Source: Eledone cirrhosa
Lineage: Eukaryota
Length of the DNA: 64,000 bases
Assembly: GCA_964016885.1 (NCBI GenBank)
Contig: OZ024743.1
Location: 331,576,001-331,640,000, forward strand
Reading direction: 5' to 3'
Made by a program: the position numbers and the translations under genes. Positions 39,059-52,856 of this stretch are shown piece by piece; the first letter of the stretch is position 1, and every line of letters begins with the position of its first letter. The notes beneath the pieces are model-generated. The model had not been told where the DNA came from. It saw nothing but the letters and a program-made list of their open reading frames with translations, and searched no databases.

Positions 39059-39105
<47 letters not shown>

Positions 39106-39129
39106 CAACTCTTTGGTGTTTATTATTCT

Positions 39130-39162
<33 letters not shown>

Positions 39163-39269
39163 TACACACATATATATATATATATATATATGCAAGCAGC
39201 GAAAAGCGGACGTAAAATGATGAATGATGATGATCATATGTATTGAGTACATTTTTCTATTATTCGTAG

Positions 39270-39475
39270 ATGTCATGCACATCCTGAAATCAGCTTTCAT
39301 CAGTTCTTGCCACGTCTTCTTTAATACTCCTCTTTCACAAGTTCTATCCTCTTTGAGTGCTTGGCATTTATTTAAATAACTGTTGTCCTCTATACACATC
39401 ACAAGTCCATACCTGAGCAGTCTTCTTTCTTGCACACTAAACTTCATTCCTCATAAATCCAGTTTTTCACTCATC
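39270..39475 (-). mobile_element. Degenerate RTE C-terminal fragment
   Basis: VQERRLLRYGLVM..KKTWQELMKADF. Confidence 0.75.
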
Positions 39476-40182
39476 TCATTACAATTGTGTTGTCCAGGTA
39501 GGTGGATTGGCAGTATCAGTAGAGTGTTGGATAACATCATTTGCAGCATATTGCTACACCCCTTTACATCCTGAGTTCAAATCCCACCAAGGTTAGCTTT
39601 GCCATTCCACCTTATGGAGTCAATAAAATTAAAAAAAACCTTTGGTCACAAATGACCATACGATTTGTACCTAGAAAGTTTCCCTTCCGAGGCACAAGTC
39701 CAGGCAAGATGCTTTTGTAGAAGACGTGTAGTTGCTCATGTATACCAGTCTCCCATCTCCATGCAACCGATCTTGTCCAAGGGAAACAGAAAAAAAAGAA
39801 GATGAAATGATGGTAATGGTGGTGGTGGTGGTGGTGAAGGAGCCTTTTTATCATTTGAAATAATTCGCACCTGATGTCCCCACATCCATACACACACACA
39901 CATGTATTTCATGACTCATACACTGTTCACTTTCCTGACATTTGAACATCATTCTATGTACTATACATGCACCTTTGATAAGTTATAGTGCACCTGAGCA
40001 CTGTACACAATAACTTCATTATTATTATTATTATTATTATTTTATATGATAACTGCTGTTCAATATATCTGCTATATATAAGCCTCTTTCCTCTGTCAGG
40101 CTGCCTGTGCTCTCACATCTTTTATACAACCAGAGTTTACAGTGTATGGCATTTCTACCTACTCTCGGGTCCCAAATGATAA

Positions 40183-40345
40183 GGGGTGGTGAAAAGTCGG
40201 TAATTTTTCTAGGTTTTCACCATTGATTTTTTTTTTTAAACCAGAATTAGTTGTTTAGTTTACATATTGAGACACCAACCCATCCTATTTATCTTATAAC
40301 GTATGGGATTTCTAGTAATGTTTTTTAATGTATAAAGAAAATCGT
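40183..40345 (+). repeat. Dispersed AT-rich repeat, possibly a DNA-transposon end (copies at 46598-46742 on + and 55402-55535 on -)
   Basis: Shared AAACCAGAATTAGTYGTTTAGTTTACATATTGAGAC..GGGATTTCTAGTAATG. Confidence 0.7.
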
Positions 40346-41043
40346 CGCAGGAATGCTACCATTTAAAATAAAATTTCACCAGAGATAGATTACCAAAATG
40401 TAATAACCTATGGGAGGATGGGAAAAAATGAAAAATGAATAAGCAGGGTGAGAGGGAGGGGTTTAAGACCCAAAGGAGTTCAGTACACAATCATAAGGTT
40501 CAATCACACTGTGTAAGATCTTGAGCAAGTGCCTAGTACCATAGCCCCAGATCAACACATGTTTTGTGAGTGAAACTATGTAGACAGAAACTGTTTGGAG
40601 GCTTGTGGGATAAACTGTACCTGTAATTCAAAGGACCAGTCTTGTCACCCACTGTATCATACTGAATCTCCCTGAGAATTATATTAAGGGCATGCATATC
40701 TATGGAATACTGAACCACTCATACAAGTTAGACAGTACCTGTAATACAAAGGGAGCTAGCCTTGTCACACACTGTGTCATGATGAATCTCCCTGAGAATT
40801 GTGTTAAGTGTACACATGTCTGTTGAATGTTAAGCTACTTACATATAATTATGTGAGTCAACAATTCTATTAATTGAACAACTGGAACAAGCATTGTTTA
40901 AACCAATGAAAGTCCATTCCATTTACATCTATAAAAGAAGAATAGCCATTTCCTAGATGGCAGTAGAGTCCTGTCTTCTCTCCTGTTAACTAAAAGTTGT
41001 ATCTGCTAGTTTATAGAAATACATTTCAAAATATCAAAATTGT

Positions 41044-43070
41044 TTCTCAGTTACAGAGAGGTCAATTTAAAGATATCACAACACCAGGTTCTCACAGATT
41101 CAGAGAGGTCAATTTAAAGATATCACAACACCAGGTTCTCACAGTTACGGAGAGGTCAATTTAAAGATATCACAACACCAGGTTCTCACAGTTACAGAGA
41201 GGTCAATTTAAAGATATCACAACACCAGGTTCTCACAGTTACAGAGGTCAATTTAAAGATATCACAACACCAGGTTCTCACAGTTACAGAGGTCAATTTA
41301 AAGATATCACAACACCAGGTTCTCACAGTTACAGAGAGGTCAATTTAAAGATATCACAACACCAGGTTCTCACAGTTACAGAGAGGTCAATTTAAAGATA
41401 TCACAACACCAGGTTCTCACAGTTACAGAGAGGTCAATTTAAAGATATCACAACACCAGGTTCTCACAGTTACAGAGGTCAATTTAAAGATATCACAACA
41501 CCAGGTTCTCACAGTTACAGAGAAGTCAATTTAAAGATATCACAACACCAGGTTCTCACAGATTCAGAGAGGTCAATTTAAAGATATCACAACACCAGGT
41601 TCTCACAGATTCAGAGAGGTCAATTTAAAGATATCACAACACCAGGTTCTCACAGTTACAGAGAGGTCAATTTAAAGATATCACAACACCAGGTTCTCAC
41701 AGTTACAGAGAGGTCAATTTAAAGATATCACAACACCAGGTTCTCACAGTTACAGAGAGGTCAATTTAAAGATATCACAACACCAGGTTCTCACAGTTAC
41801 AGAGAGGTCAATTTAAAGATATCACAACACCAGGTTCTCACAGTTACAGAGGTCAATTTAAAGATATCACAACACCAGGTTCTCACAGCTACAGAGAGGT
41901 CAATTTAAAGATATCACAACACCAGGTTCTCACAGTTACAGAGAGGTCAATTTAAAGATATCACAACACCAGGTTCTCACAGATTCAGAGAGGTCAATTT
42001 AAAGATATCACAACACCAGGTTCTCACAGTTACAGAGGTCAATTTAAAGATATCACAACACCAGGTTCTCACAGCTACAGAGAGGTCAATTTAAAGATAT
42101 CACAACACCAGGTTCTCACAGTTACAGAGAGGTCAATTTAAAGATATCACAACACCAGGTTCTCACAGTTACAGAGAGGTCAATTTAAAGTATCACAACA
42201 CCAGGTTCTCACAGTTACAGAGAGGTCAATTTAAAGATATCACAACACCAGGTTCTCACAGATTCAGAGAGGTCAATTTAAAGATATCACAACACCAGGT
42301 TCTCACAGTTACAGAGAAGTCAATTTAAAGATATCACAACACCAGTTTCTCAGATTCAGAGAGGTCAATTTAAAGATATCACAACACCAGGTTCTCACAG
42401 TTACAGAGAGGTCAATTTAAAGATATCACAACACCAGGTTCTCACAGTTACAGAGAGGTCAATTTAAAGATATCACAACACCAGAGGTCAATTTAAAGAT
42501 ATCACAACACCAGGTTCTCACAGCTACAGAGAGGTCAATTTAAAGATATCACAACACCAGGTTCTCACAGATTCAGAGAGGTCAATTTAAAGATATCACA
42601 ACACCAGGTTCTCACAGTTACAGAGGTCAATTTAAAGATATCACAACACTAGGTTCTCACAGTTACAGAGGTCAATTTAAAGATATCACAACACCAGGTT
42701 CTCACAGTTACAGAGGTCAATTTAAAGATATCACAACACCAGGTTCTCACAGTTACAGAGAGGTCAATTTAAAGATATCACAACACCAGGTTCTCACAGA
42801 TTCAGAGAGGTCAATTTAAAGATATCACAACACCAGGTTCCCACAGTTACAGAGAGGTCAATTTAAAGATATCACAACACCAGGTTCTCACAGTTACAGA
42901 GGTCAATTTAAAGATATCACAACACCAGGTTCTCACAGTTACAGAGAGGTCAATTTAAAGATATCACAACACCAGGTTCTCACAGTTACAGAGAGGTCAA
43001 TTTAAAGATATCACAACACCAGGTTCTCACAGTTACAGAGGTCAATTTAAAGATATCACAACACCAGGTT
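41044..43070. repeat. 47-bp minisatellite, ~43 copies
   Basis: Unit TTCTCACAGTTACAGAGAGGTCAATTTAAAGATATCACAACACCAGG, with 45-bp and GATTC/GCTAC variants. Confidence 0.97.
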
Positions 43071-44269
43071 TCAGGGGTATTGCTATGAATATTCTCACAG
43101 TGAATATACAAATGAAGTTAATCTTGGATCTATATTTTTGTCAGTATATGACTAGTATTTTATACACACACACACACACGTATATTTTTACACCTAAGCA
43201 TATATCTATACGTGTGTATACATATGCATACAAACATATATGTGTGTGTGTGTGCATGTGTATATACAAGCATGCATGCATGTAATATATATATATGCAT
43301 AACGTATGTATGTATGTATTACTGTTCCTATATATATAGTAACACATATAGTTTCTGTAGAAACATAATAAATACTTTGGGACATAGACGGCAGCTGCAC
43401 CCTTTTGCTTGTGTGTGTGTATAATGATGATATGTATGTGTGTGTGGGTGTGTGTATCCATGATATATCTATATATATAATGATGTGTGTATGTGTGTAT
43501 AAATACACACACATCCATTATATCTCTTCTGTCAGAGAAAGAGAAAATACTGGAATTTCTTTCTGCATCACTTTTCACTTCTCTCTTGATAGAATTCTTT
43601 TCAGAAATAGATTAATAGAACCCCACCCACCCCTATCTCCCCCACCCTTCTTCCATCTCTCCCCATATATAATATATATGTTTGTGTGTTATACATGCAT
43701 AAACACAGCTCTCTCTCATCTCTAGTCAGTCCCTCTGCCATACAAGTTTTCAAAACCTCTCACACACTCACTATGGTACATTTGTCTACATCTAATCTCA
43801 CCATTGCATCCTTTGTTGTAATATTGAGGCAAGAATTACTCATCAAAGAATGGTCATTCTAGTCTTCTACAACATTTATCTATTCATCTAACTTCTCTTC
43901 TATGTATGCCAATTATGGAATATATGCATCAAATGTTTGTATTGTGCCACACAACTACCATCTTTGTGGGTACATGGAGCTACAATGCCACCATACTGCA
44001 ACTAATTTAAACTAAATTACTGTTATCTCTAACACCTTGTTCCTATGATCTAAATCAATAATTTTAGTAACAATTCATGCATGACATTGCTCTGGCTGTG
44101 ATATCAAATCTTTAAAATGCCAGTCCACAGCAACAGCAAAATTCTATACACACACACACACATCAGCAGCAGCATTTTGCCAAACTTTCTACCTTCAATT
44201 TGGTATTTATGCCAACTCTTACTTATAGTCACGGTTCTTGGGTAATGATGAAAAGAATATTATCACGAA

Positions 44270-44640
44270 TAAAAGCAGCCGAAATGGGGCCTTCCGAAGG
44301 GTCTTTGGAGTAACGTTACTCAATAGAGAGCGTAGCTTAGAGATCACAGCTCCGATACTATGGGCTTGTGGTTAGAATGTCTCAGGAAAGAATCACTGGA
44401 CAGGTTTCATAGGCAAAACCAACTGGCAGGAGATCCAGGGGTAGACCCCAAGCAAGATAGTTGGCTAACATCCATAAACTCAGCTGTTCTCGCTTGGGGG
44501 ATCCAGCCGGATCAATTAGAGATGGTTGCTTCTGACTGAACCCACTGGAATGAGTGTTTGAGGATTCTGCCCCTACTACCCTCTCAGGAATAAGTGGAAG
44601 GAGAAGAAAGAACGTGGCAGCAGAGGAGGAAGAGGGCAAA
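44270..44640 (+). mobile_element. Degenerate 3' fragment of another RTE lineage (inverted sister at ~44790-45030)
   Basis: Broken translation AAEMG.LRRVFGVT..QLRYYG.VVRMSQER..KPTGRRSRGRP. Confidence 0.6.
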
Positions 44641-46308
44641 AGAATGGAAGAAAAGATAGTAGCATTTTATTTCCATTTTCCATGTTGGCATGGGTTGGGA
44701 ATGTGATATAGAGTAATGATGCTGTCATAGAGTTCTTTTATGATTTTCAAGAATGTCTTGCTAATGTGGTTTCACATGGGTTATTCTTGTTCTTTGCCCA
44801 CTTATTCCTGAAAGAGTTATGGGGGGGGGGGGGGGGGGGGCGGAGTCCTCAAACACTCCTTCCAGTGAGCCAACCCTCTTGCTCGGGGTCAACACCTGGG
44901 TCTCCTGCCAGTTGGTTTTACTCCTAAAATCTCTCCAGTGATTCTTTCCTGAGATATTCTGACCACATTCCCCTAGTATCAGGGCAGTGATCTCTCAATT
45001 TGGAGAAGTAGTATCTCTACTTAGAGTGACTCACTGATCTCTAATATCTTTTACTAGTAGACTAGTACAGGGTCGATAAAATAAAGTACCAGTAATGCAC
45101 TGGGTAATTGCTGGCCTTGTGTTGTAAAATATTCAGTAAACTAAAATAAAGACTTTAACTGTTAATGTAATGCAAGTGTATTGGCATTTTGTACTTATCA
45201 AGAATGTCTTGCTAATGTGGATTCATGTGGTACAGGACGTTAATAGTTAATAGAGATAAAGTAATTTACTATAAGAGACTGTTGTAATCTCCAGCACTAC
45301 TACCCTTCAGCCATACAACATCAATAATGTCAATAACCATTTGTGTGTTTTAAATTAGTAAATTACTGATACCTAGACTCCATTATAAGGTTTATACACA
45401 ACATTACATTTATCATTTCAATGTTTGTGTATTTAAAATCATTTGAAGAACATGCAAGAATCTAATTTGTCTGTGACAACCATAATCTCACGCATTTCAA
45501 TCATATCACCATAATTCCAGGAATATAATCATTGGTTATAGTTCCATAAACTATACTAATCTCTCAGGATATGATAAATTATCCCTTTCTTCTATAAATA
45601 ACCAATATGAACATTGAATACTGTTGAATTCTGATGACTCAGTTTTTACTGATATTTCAGTATTTCTAAAGACCATTTAAAACTATCTAATTATGTAAAT
45701 AAATACTTTACATCCTAGTCATTACCTGTCGGCAATTAATCAAAGAACCTGACTTAATTAAGATACAAATAAAAACATTGTACTGACTTCATTCTAACTA
45801 AATACAGACAATATATCATATAATTGCATTTCAGTTGCCCTATTTTCCACAAAAATATATGTGCAAAGCCAGCATGTAGCTTATGTAGTGGGCCTACACA
45901 ACCTTAATTTAAAATATATGGCACATTGTAAATGTATGTAGAATAGAAAGTGCAACTTATCTACCAGTGTCTTTATACATCACTATATATACATACATAT
46001 AGGTATGTGTATACATCAGTTCTCTATGAGCAAGACACAGTCATCTGACCTGGCTTGTCTCAAAACAGGACAACTTGCCTAATTCATGCTAGCATAAAAA
46101 ATGGACGTTAAACAGTGATGACAATGATGCTGATATATATATTTGGCACAAATTCCTTTGTTTCAATTCAACTGCCAAATCAAGTAATAGTCTGAGATAA
46201 ATTTCTTCATCTTTTAGAGGCAAGGCGTAAAATTAGCTAGGACTACTGGACTCCATATCCTGTGGCAATGGCTAACACACACTGTACGGAACTATCATAT
46301 GACCCGGC

Positions 46309-46438
46309 ATCCTTGCTGATGAGTGTAACAACCCAGTTACGTAAATGTTTGCACATAATACGTAATTTTATGAACATTGAGGATCTATATCTGCATTTGT
46401 GAAGATATGTTGCATAGAAACGATATCGTCCAAGGGAT
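46309..46438 (+). ncRNA. Type I hammerhead ribozyme (predicted)
   Basis: ATCCTTG-CTGATGA-GTGTAACA..(long loop)..TGTTGCAT-A-GAAA-CGATATC-GTC-CAAGGGAT. Confidence 0.65.
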
Positions 46439-46800
46439 TAGAATTTCACTTTTCTCTTTACCTAAACACTGCGACTGCATCTGCTATTAACTAAATGCAT
46501 GCACTCTGAACAGCTGATTGCAACTGCATTATTGCAATTCAGCAAATTCATTGAGTGAGCTAGATGCTGGCTGGAGACCTTTGAGTTGGAGAATCAGTAT
46601 TTTTTCTAGGTTGTCTCCATTGATTTTTTAAAAAACCAGAATTAGTCGTTTAGTTTACATATTGAGACTCCAACCCATCATATTATTTTATAACATGTGG
46701 GATTTCTAGTAATGTAATTTTTTTGTCATGTATAAAGAAAATTAATTCGATTGTTCATTTACAGAAAATTACTCCTCACTACACTGGAATATGTAAAAAC

Positions 46801-47925
46801 ACCTATATGACCACTTTACAGTGTGGACTGGGCGTTTTTGCTGTGTCACCTACACAACTACTTTACAGTGTGGAATGAACACTTTTTGTAGTGTAACCTA
46901 TATGACCACTTTACAGTGTTGACTGGGTGATTTTTGATGTATCACCTACACAACTTTACATTGTGTACTGTGTGCTTTTCGCCATGTCACCTACATGACT
47001 GGGTGCCTTTTGTTGTAACACCTACACAACTACTTTACAGTGTAGAATTGGCACTTTTTGTCCTGTCACCTACATGGCTACTTTACAGTGTGGACTGGGT
47101 ACCTTTTGTCCTGTCACCTACATGACCACTTTACAGTGTGTACAGGGTACTGTTTGTCCTGTCATCTACATGACCACTTTATAGCGTGGACTGTGCACCT
47201 TTTGTCTTGTCACCTACATGACTACTTTACAGTGTGGACTAGGTACTTTTTGTCCTGTCACCTACATGACTACTTTACAGTGTGGACTGGGTCCTTTTTG
47301 TCCTGTCACCTACATGACCACTTTACAGTGTGTACTGGGTACTTTTTGCCCTGTCATCTACATGACCACTTTACAGTGTGGACTGGGTACTTTTTGTCCT
47401 GTCACCTACATGACCACTTTACAGTGTGGACTGGGTATTTTTTGTCCTGTCACCTACATGACCACTTTACAGTGTGGACTGGGTCCTTTTTGTCCTGTCA
47501 CCTACATGATTACTTTACAGTGTGGACTGGGTTCTTTTTGTCCTGTCACCTACATGACCACTTTACAGTGTGTACTGGGTACTTTTTGCCCTGTCACCTA
47601 CATGACCACTTTACAGTGTGGACTGGGTTCTTTTTGTCCTGTCACCTACATGACCACTTTACAGTGTGGACTGGGTATTTTTTGTCCTGTCACCTACATG
47701 ACCACTTTACAGTGTGGACTGGGTCCTTTTTGTCCTGTCACCTACATGACTACTTTACAGTGTGGACTGGGTCCTTTTTGTCCTGTCACCTACATGACCA
47801 CTTTACAGTGTGGACTGGGTCCTTTTTGTCCTGTCACCTACATGACCACTTTACAGTGTGGACTGGGTACTTTTTGTCCTGTCACCTACATGACCACTTT
47901 ACAGTGTTGACTGGGTACTTTTTAT
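46801..47925. repeat. 48-bp minisatellite derived from an RTE 3' UTR module
   Basis: Unit GTCACCTACATGACCACTTTACAGTGTGGACTGGGTACTTTTTGTCCT resembles GCGCCTACACGTCCACTTTACAGTGTGGGCTGGGTGCTTTTTTGCCGT at ~20656-20703. Confidence 0.92.
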
Positions 47926-48150
47926 TGTAAGAGATCAATATATAATATAATAATTATGAAGTTCTATAATAATAATGAAATTATTGTGTACAGTGCTCAG
48001 GTGCACTACAACTCATCAAAAGTGCATGTATTGTACATAGAATAATACTCAAATGTCAGGGAAATGAATTGAATAACTGCTCAATGAGAGAATTGAAGCT
48101 AAAAAAACAAAAACTCAGAGTGCTTGCACACTGCCTTTATCATGGGATAC

Positions 48151-48187
<37 letters not shown>

Positions 48188-49774
48188 GTGTAAACATATA
48201 CGTGTACACACGTGTATACATATACGTGTACACACACATACAGGTACACACACGCATACACACTCACTTATACACACACAATGTATGCACACATGTGCAT
48301 ACACATACATGTACACACACGTACACACGTACATGTACATACACACTCATGCAGGTACAAACACAATGTACACGCACACATACACACTCACTCATACATA
48401 CACAATGTATGCACATGTACACACACATACACACACGTACATATACACACAGACAGACAGATATATATATGTGTTTGTTTCTCACTTTCTATAGCCAATC
48501 AAGAGATGTAATAACATGAAACTGTCTTTTTACTTCATCTTTTGTCAGACAACAGTTACAATAATAAAGTGTTACATGGTGGTGGTGGTGGTGGTGGGTG
48601 AGGGGTATGAGGGAGTGGGGGAGTGTGAGTGTGGGTGATGTGAGTGGGAGGGATGTGTGGGGAGTGTGGGTGTAGGGGAGTTGTGTGGAGGGAGTGTTGG
48701 TGTGTGTGTAAGGGAGACTTTTGTGTGTTTGTGTGTGTTGGGGGAGAATGTGTGTGTGTGCATGTGTGCATAATTGGGTGTTTGTGTGTGTGTGTATTCA
48801 TAATTTTTTGTGTGTGTATTCATATGTATGTGTGTGTCTATGTCTGTGTATGCATTTGTCTGTGCCTGCATGCATGTACGCATAGGTATGTGTCAGTGTG
48901 TGTGGTGTGTATGTCTATGTATGTATGTGTCAGTTTGTGTGTGTGCAATTGTGTGTCAGTTTGTGTGAGTGCATGTGTGTGTGTCAGTTTGTGTGTGTGC
49001 ATGTGTGTGTGTGCATATGTGTGTGTCAGTTTGTGTGTGCATATGTGTGTGTGTGTCAGTTTGTGTGTGTGCATATGTGTGTTTACGTGTTTTCTAATAT
49101 GCAGAGACTGGTGCCATTTCTTAATTAGAAGATTTCTAAGTTTTGTTTCTTTGTTAATTGAAGCTAGGTGATTAACTATCTCCAGTATCTGTCTCAGAAA
49201 TACCAATTCATGTCGGACATTATAAATAGAAATCTGCTACTTTCTTCGCTTTATTCAATGAATTTGTTTACTTTAAACTGTTCCAAATTATTTAAAGTTG
49301 GTAGAATGACTAAAGAAAAGTCTATAATCATCCAATTCTCCTGTTTCTTATTTCAGTGAAAAACATCGTTACCACAAATTATGACATAATTAAGTACTAA
49401 TTCTATTTCCGTGTTTCAGTAAAAGGATTCAATCGCTGTACTTCCGCCAACCAATAAATTACTTTGCTTAGTTCAATAATGTTTCATCACTGTGAAGATT
49501 CGGTTGTTTTTATCAACTTTACTTGTTGGTTGGAATGGCCAGGAAGAAGTGCCAGGAAATGCCAGTGGAAAGAAGCCGCAATAGTGGTAGGCCAAGAAAG
49601 ACCTAGACGAAGGTGGTGAGAGTTTATCTCAAATTGCTGACACTCACAGAGGAGATGACGAAGGAACTTAACGAGTGGAGAGATGCTTTGCTGAAAAGAA
49701 CCCGTACAACCCATGCAAGCATGGGTGTAAAAGGGAAATGCTTCTTGTGCTGCTGTTGATTATATATATAGATA

Positions 49775-50008
49775 ACTTTCTTTTTATTTGCCACCAGGGC
49801 GTCAAAGAGTGGGACAAGTACAATGGGGGGAGTTTACATAAAAAGGGGTCCTCAATAAGGAGGAGGCAATAACAAAATATAAAAATATAAAAATTTTAAA
49901 TATAACAAAAATAAGTTGAATAACAAAATCCTCAATAGGGTGGAGGCGCCTTGAGGGGTCGCACCCCCACCCCCCGAAAAAGTGTGCAACCCTTCTCCTC
50001 AGGAGCAC
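49775..50008 (-). mobile_element. Possible 3' UTR end of another non-LTR element (L1/Tx1-like)
   Basis: The - strand ends with T-rich sequence, then GGCAAATAAAAAGAAAG into (TA)n. There is no coding part. Confidence 0.35.
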
Positions 50009-50037
50009 AGATAGATAGATAGATATGCGTGTGTGTG

Positions 50038-50846
50038 TCATCATCATCATCATCATCATCATCACCGTTTTACGTCCGTTCTTCCATGCTAGCATGGGTT
50101 AGACGGGTTGTCCTGTTGTGGGCAGTGTCCGGTCGGCTGACCTTGTCTTGCTCATACAGGAACTCATTTTGGCTTGATTTCTACAGCTGGATGCCCTTCC
50201 TAACACCAACCTCATTTACAGTGAGTGCTGGGTGCTTTTTTCCGTGGCGCCTACACGTCCACTTTACAGTGTGGGCTGGGTGCTTTTTTGCCGTGGCACC
50301 TCCACGACCACTTTGCAGTGGGAGGGTGTGGGGGCATATTGTCTATATGCTTCAGCTTGTACCCATGGGAGGTCGGGTACTCTGTATTACTGTGTGACGC
50401 CAGAGGTCACGGTCATGTGTCATCGCCTTTGAGAGGTGTAATTGGGTAAGGTCGGCTTTTATCACCTCATCCCAGGTCATCTTGGGTCTCCCCACTCCGC
50501 GGTTTCCAATGACTTCTAGTGCTCTGCACCTTTTTATGCAGCTGTCATCCTTCATACGCATCACATGTTCATACCAACGCAACCGCCTCTCCTGCACACA
50601 GCATTTGATTCCTCTTATGCTCAGTCTCTCTCTCAATTCATTTATGCTTTGCCGTTCGCGTATATTACTATTACACATCCATCGGAGCATGTAGGCTTTG
50701 TTTCTTTCTAATCTGCGCAAGTCTTCCACCTTCAGCGCCCAGGTCTCACTACCATGTAACATTGCTGTTCGGATACACGCATCATACAGTCTGCCTTTCA
50801 TTTTGAGGGCAAAGCCTTTTGCAGCTAGCAGTGGCAGTAATTCCCT
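50038..50846 (-). mobile_element. RTE family A 3' fragment
   Basis: ORF 50352-50801 gives the intact family A C-terminus, followed by 3' UTR and (CAT)n. Confidence 0.93.
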
Positions 50847-50959
50847 GTGAGTGTGTATATATATACTAACAGCAAGGGGAAACTATATATGCAGTAGATG
50901 TTCAGGGAAATTTGATAGTAGAAGTGTCAGTGATAGGCACATTTTTCAAATGTAGATAA

Positions 50960-51531
50960 GATCTATAGAGGTTGTTGATAGCTTCCGATACCTAGGTGAT
51001 CAGATTAGCAAGGGAGGAGGATGCTTCAAGACAATAGTATCTAGAATAAAGACAGGATGGAAGAAGTTTAGGGAGTTGCTTCCTCTGTTGACAATGAAGG
51101 GTATCTCCCTGCAAACGAAAGGTCAGTTATGTGATGCCAGTGTGTGATGCGCGATGCTACATGGTTGTAACTACAGAGGATATGCGATGGCTGGAGAGAA
51201 ATGAGGCAAGCATGCTCCGATGGATGAACGACCAATCATAGACGAGTTGAGAGTGAAACTGTGTATAAGATGGATAAGACTGCATTGGTATGGCCATGTG
51301 ATGCGCATGGAAGATGACCACTGGGTAAGAAGTGTCAAGAAATCTGTGAAAGGCAGATGCAGTAGAGGAAGACCACGAAAAACATGGGCAAAGGTGATAA
51401 GATCTGACCTCAGATCGCTGAATGTCACAGAGGAGATGACGAGGGACCGTGATGAATGGAGAAATGCTGTACTGAAGAGGACCCATCCCACCCTTGCAAG
51501 CAAAGAAAAGTGGACATAAAATGATGATGAT
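50960..51531 (+). mobile_element. RTE family C degenerate 3' fragment
   Basis: [38 protein letters not shown], with a (GAT)n tail. Confidence 0.85.
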
Positions 51532-52199
51532 ATATATATATATGATTGTTGGATGAAGAAATCCCAGGAAATGCCAGTGAAAGGAAGCTGCAGTAGAGGT
51601 AGACCAAGAAAGACCTCAGCAGAGGTGGTAAGAGGTTATCTCAAATCCCTGCGACTTACAGAGGAGATAACACAGGAACATAACAAGGACTAGTAAAAAG
51701 AACCATACAACCCAGGCGAGCATGGAAAAAGGGACATAAAAACGATGGTGATGGTGATGATTTTAGTGCCTCACTCTTGCTTTTCTCCCGAGACAATGGA
51801 ACAACACTTTTTCTATTCTAACTGCTGATACCATGAAGGGGCTTGCATCTGGGGTTCTGCAAGAGTGTCCCCCAACACTATCCTGGTCCATACCATTAGG
51901 GTAACTATGCTTGAATACTCTTTCTTATATCTGCATGATGGTTACTGATGAAGGCACAATGCCAACAATTTTTGAAGGGGGTAACTTGATTAAATTGACC
52001 CCAGTGCATTACTGGTACAATTTTGAAGAGAGTGGAGAAAGTTGATTTCATTAAACCAAGCATTTGAGTAGCACTTTATCATATCAAACCAGGAAAGATG
52101 ACCTTGGTGGGATTTGAACTCAGAACATAAACAGCTGGAGCAAATACTTCAAGACATTTTCTCTGACACTAACAATTCTACCAATCCACTAGTAATAAT

Positions 52200-52400
52200 A
52201 ATAATAATGGTTTCTGATTTAGGCACAAGGCCAACAATTTTGAAAGGGAGGGACAAGTCAATTAAATCGACCCCCCCCCCCCAGTACATTACAGGTACTT
52301 TATTTTATCAACCACATAAGAATGAAAGGCAAAGCTAACGTTGACAGGATTCAAACTCAGAATATGCCACATAGCATCTTGTCTGACGCTCTATTGGTTC
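52200..52400 (-). mobile_element. Second-family SINE remnants (further pieces at 51950-52190 and 52440-52555)
   Basis: AGGCACAAGGCCAACAATT..CAGTACATTAC.GGTACTTTATTTTATC..ATGAAAGGCAAAG. Confidence 0.65.
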
Positions 52401-52856
52401 TTATATTTGCCACAATGATGATTTCTAATTTAGGCAAGATTTGCTTTGCCTTTCATAATTAAGGGGTCAATGAAATAAAGTACCAGTAATGCACTGGGGT
52501 TGATTTAATCAACTTTCTACTCCCCTAAAATTGATGGTCTTGTGCCTAAATCACAAGATATAAGGAATAGTATTCAAGCATTGCTACCTTAATGATATGA
52601 GCTGAGACAGTGTCAGGGGGACACACTGACATGCAAAACCCCACGTTTTATATCTTCATAATACGACCTCTCTCTTACACACACACACGTTAAGATGGAA
52701 GTTCTGTTGGTTGCCTTAACACTTTCATCACCATATTTCTCATGAAAGACTTTATTTATAATTTTCAAATAGTTTTGAAAATTATAATGAATTTAGAGAG
52801 ATTTAGTAATATAATTTTCTCATTATTAAGATGGTGTTTAGAACATAACTTAATAA

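Noticed and set aside
41044-43070. CRISPR-like regular array
   Set aside because: Units are contiguous with no unique spacers, there are no cas genes, and the context is eukaryotic.
45631-45660. CTGATGA plus hairpin as a hammerhead
   Set aside because: No GAAA follows the stem.
47058-47930. 290-aa and 230-aa Cys/His-repeat ORFs resembling zinc-finger arrays
   Set aside because: The 48-bp period is a multiple of 3 and the unit derives from a non-coding LINE 3' UTR.
51945-51966. CTGATGAAGGCACAATGCC hammerhead-like start
   Set aside because: GAAA is missing and the sequence is the edge of a SINE remnant.
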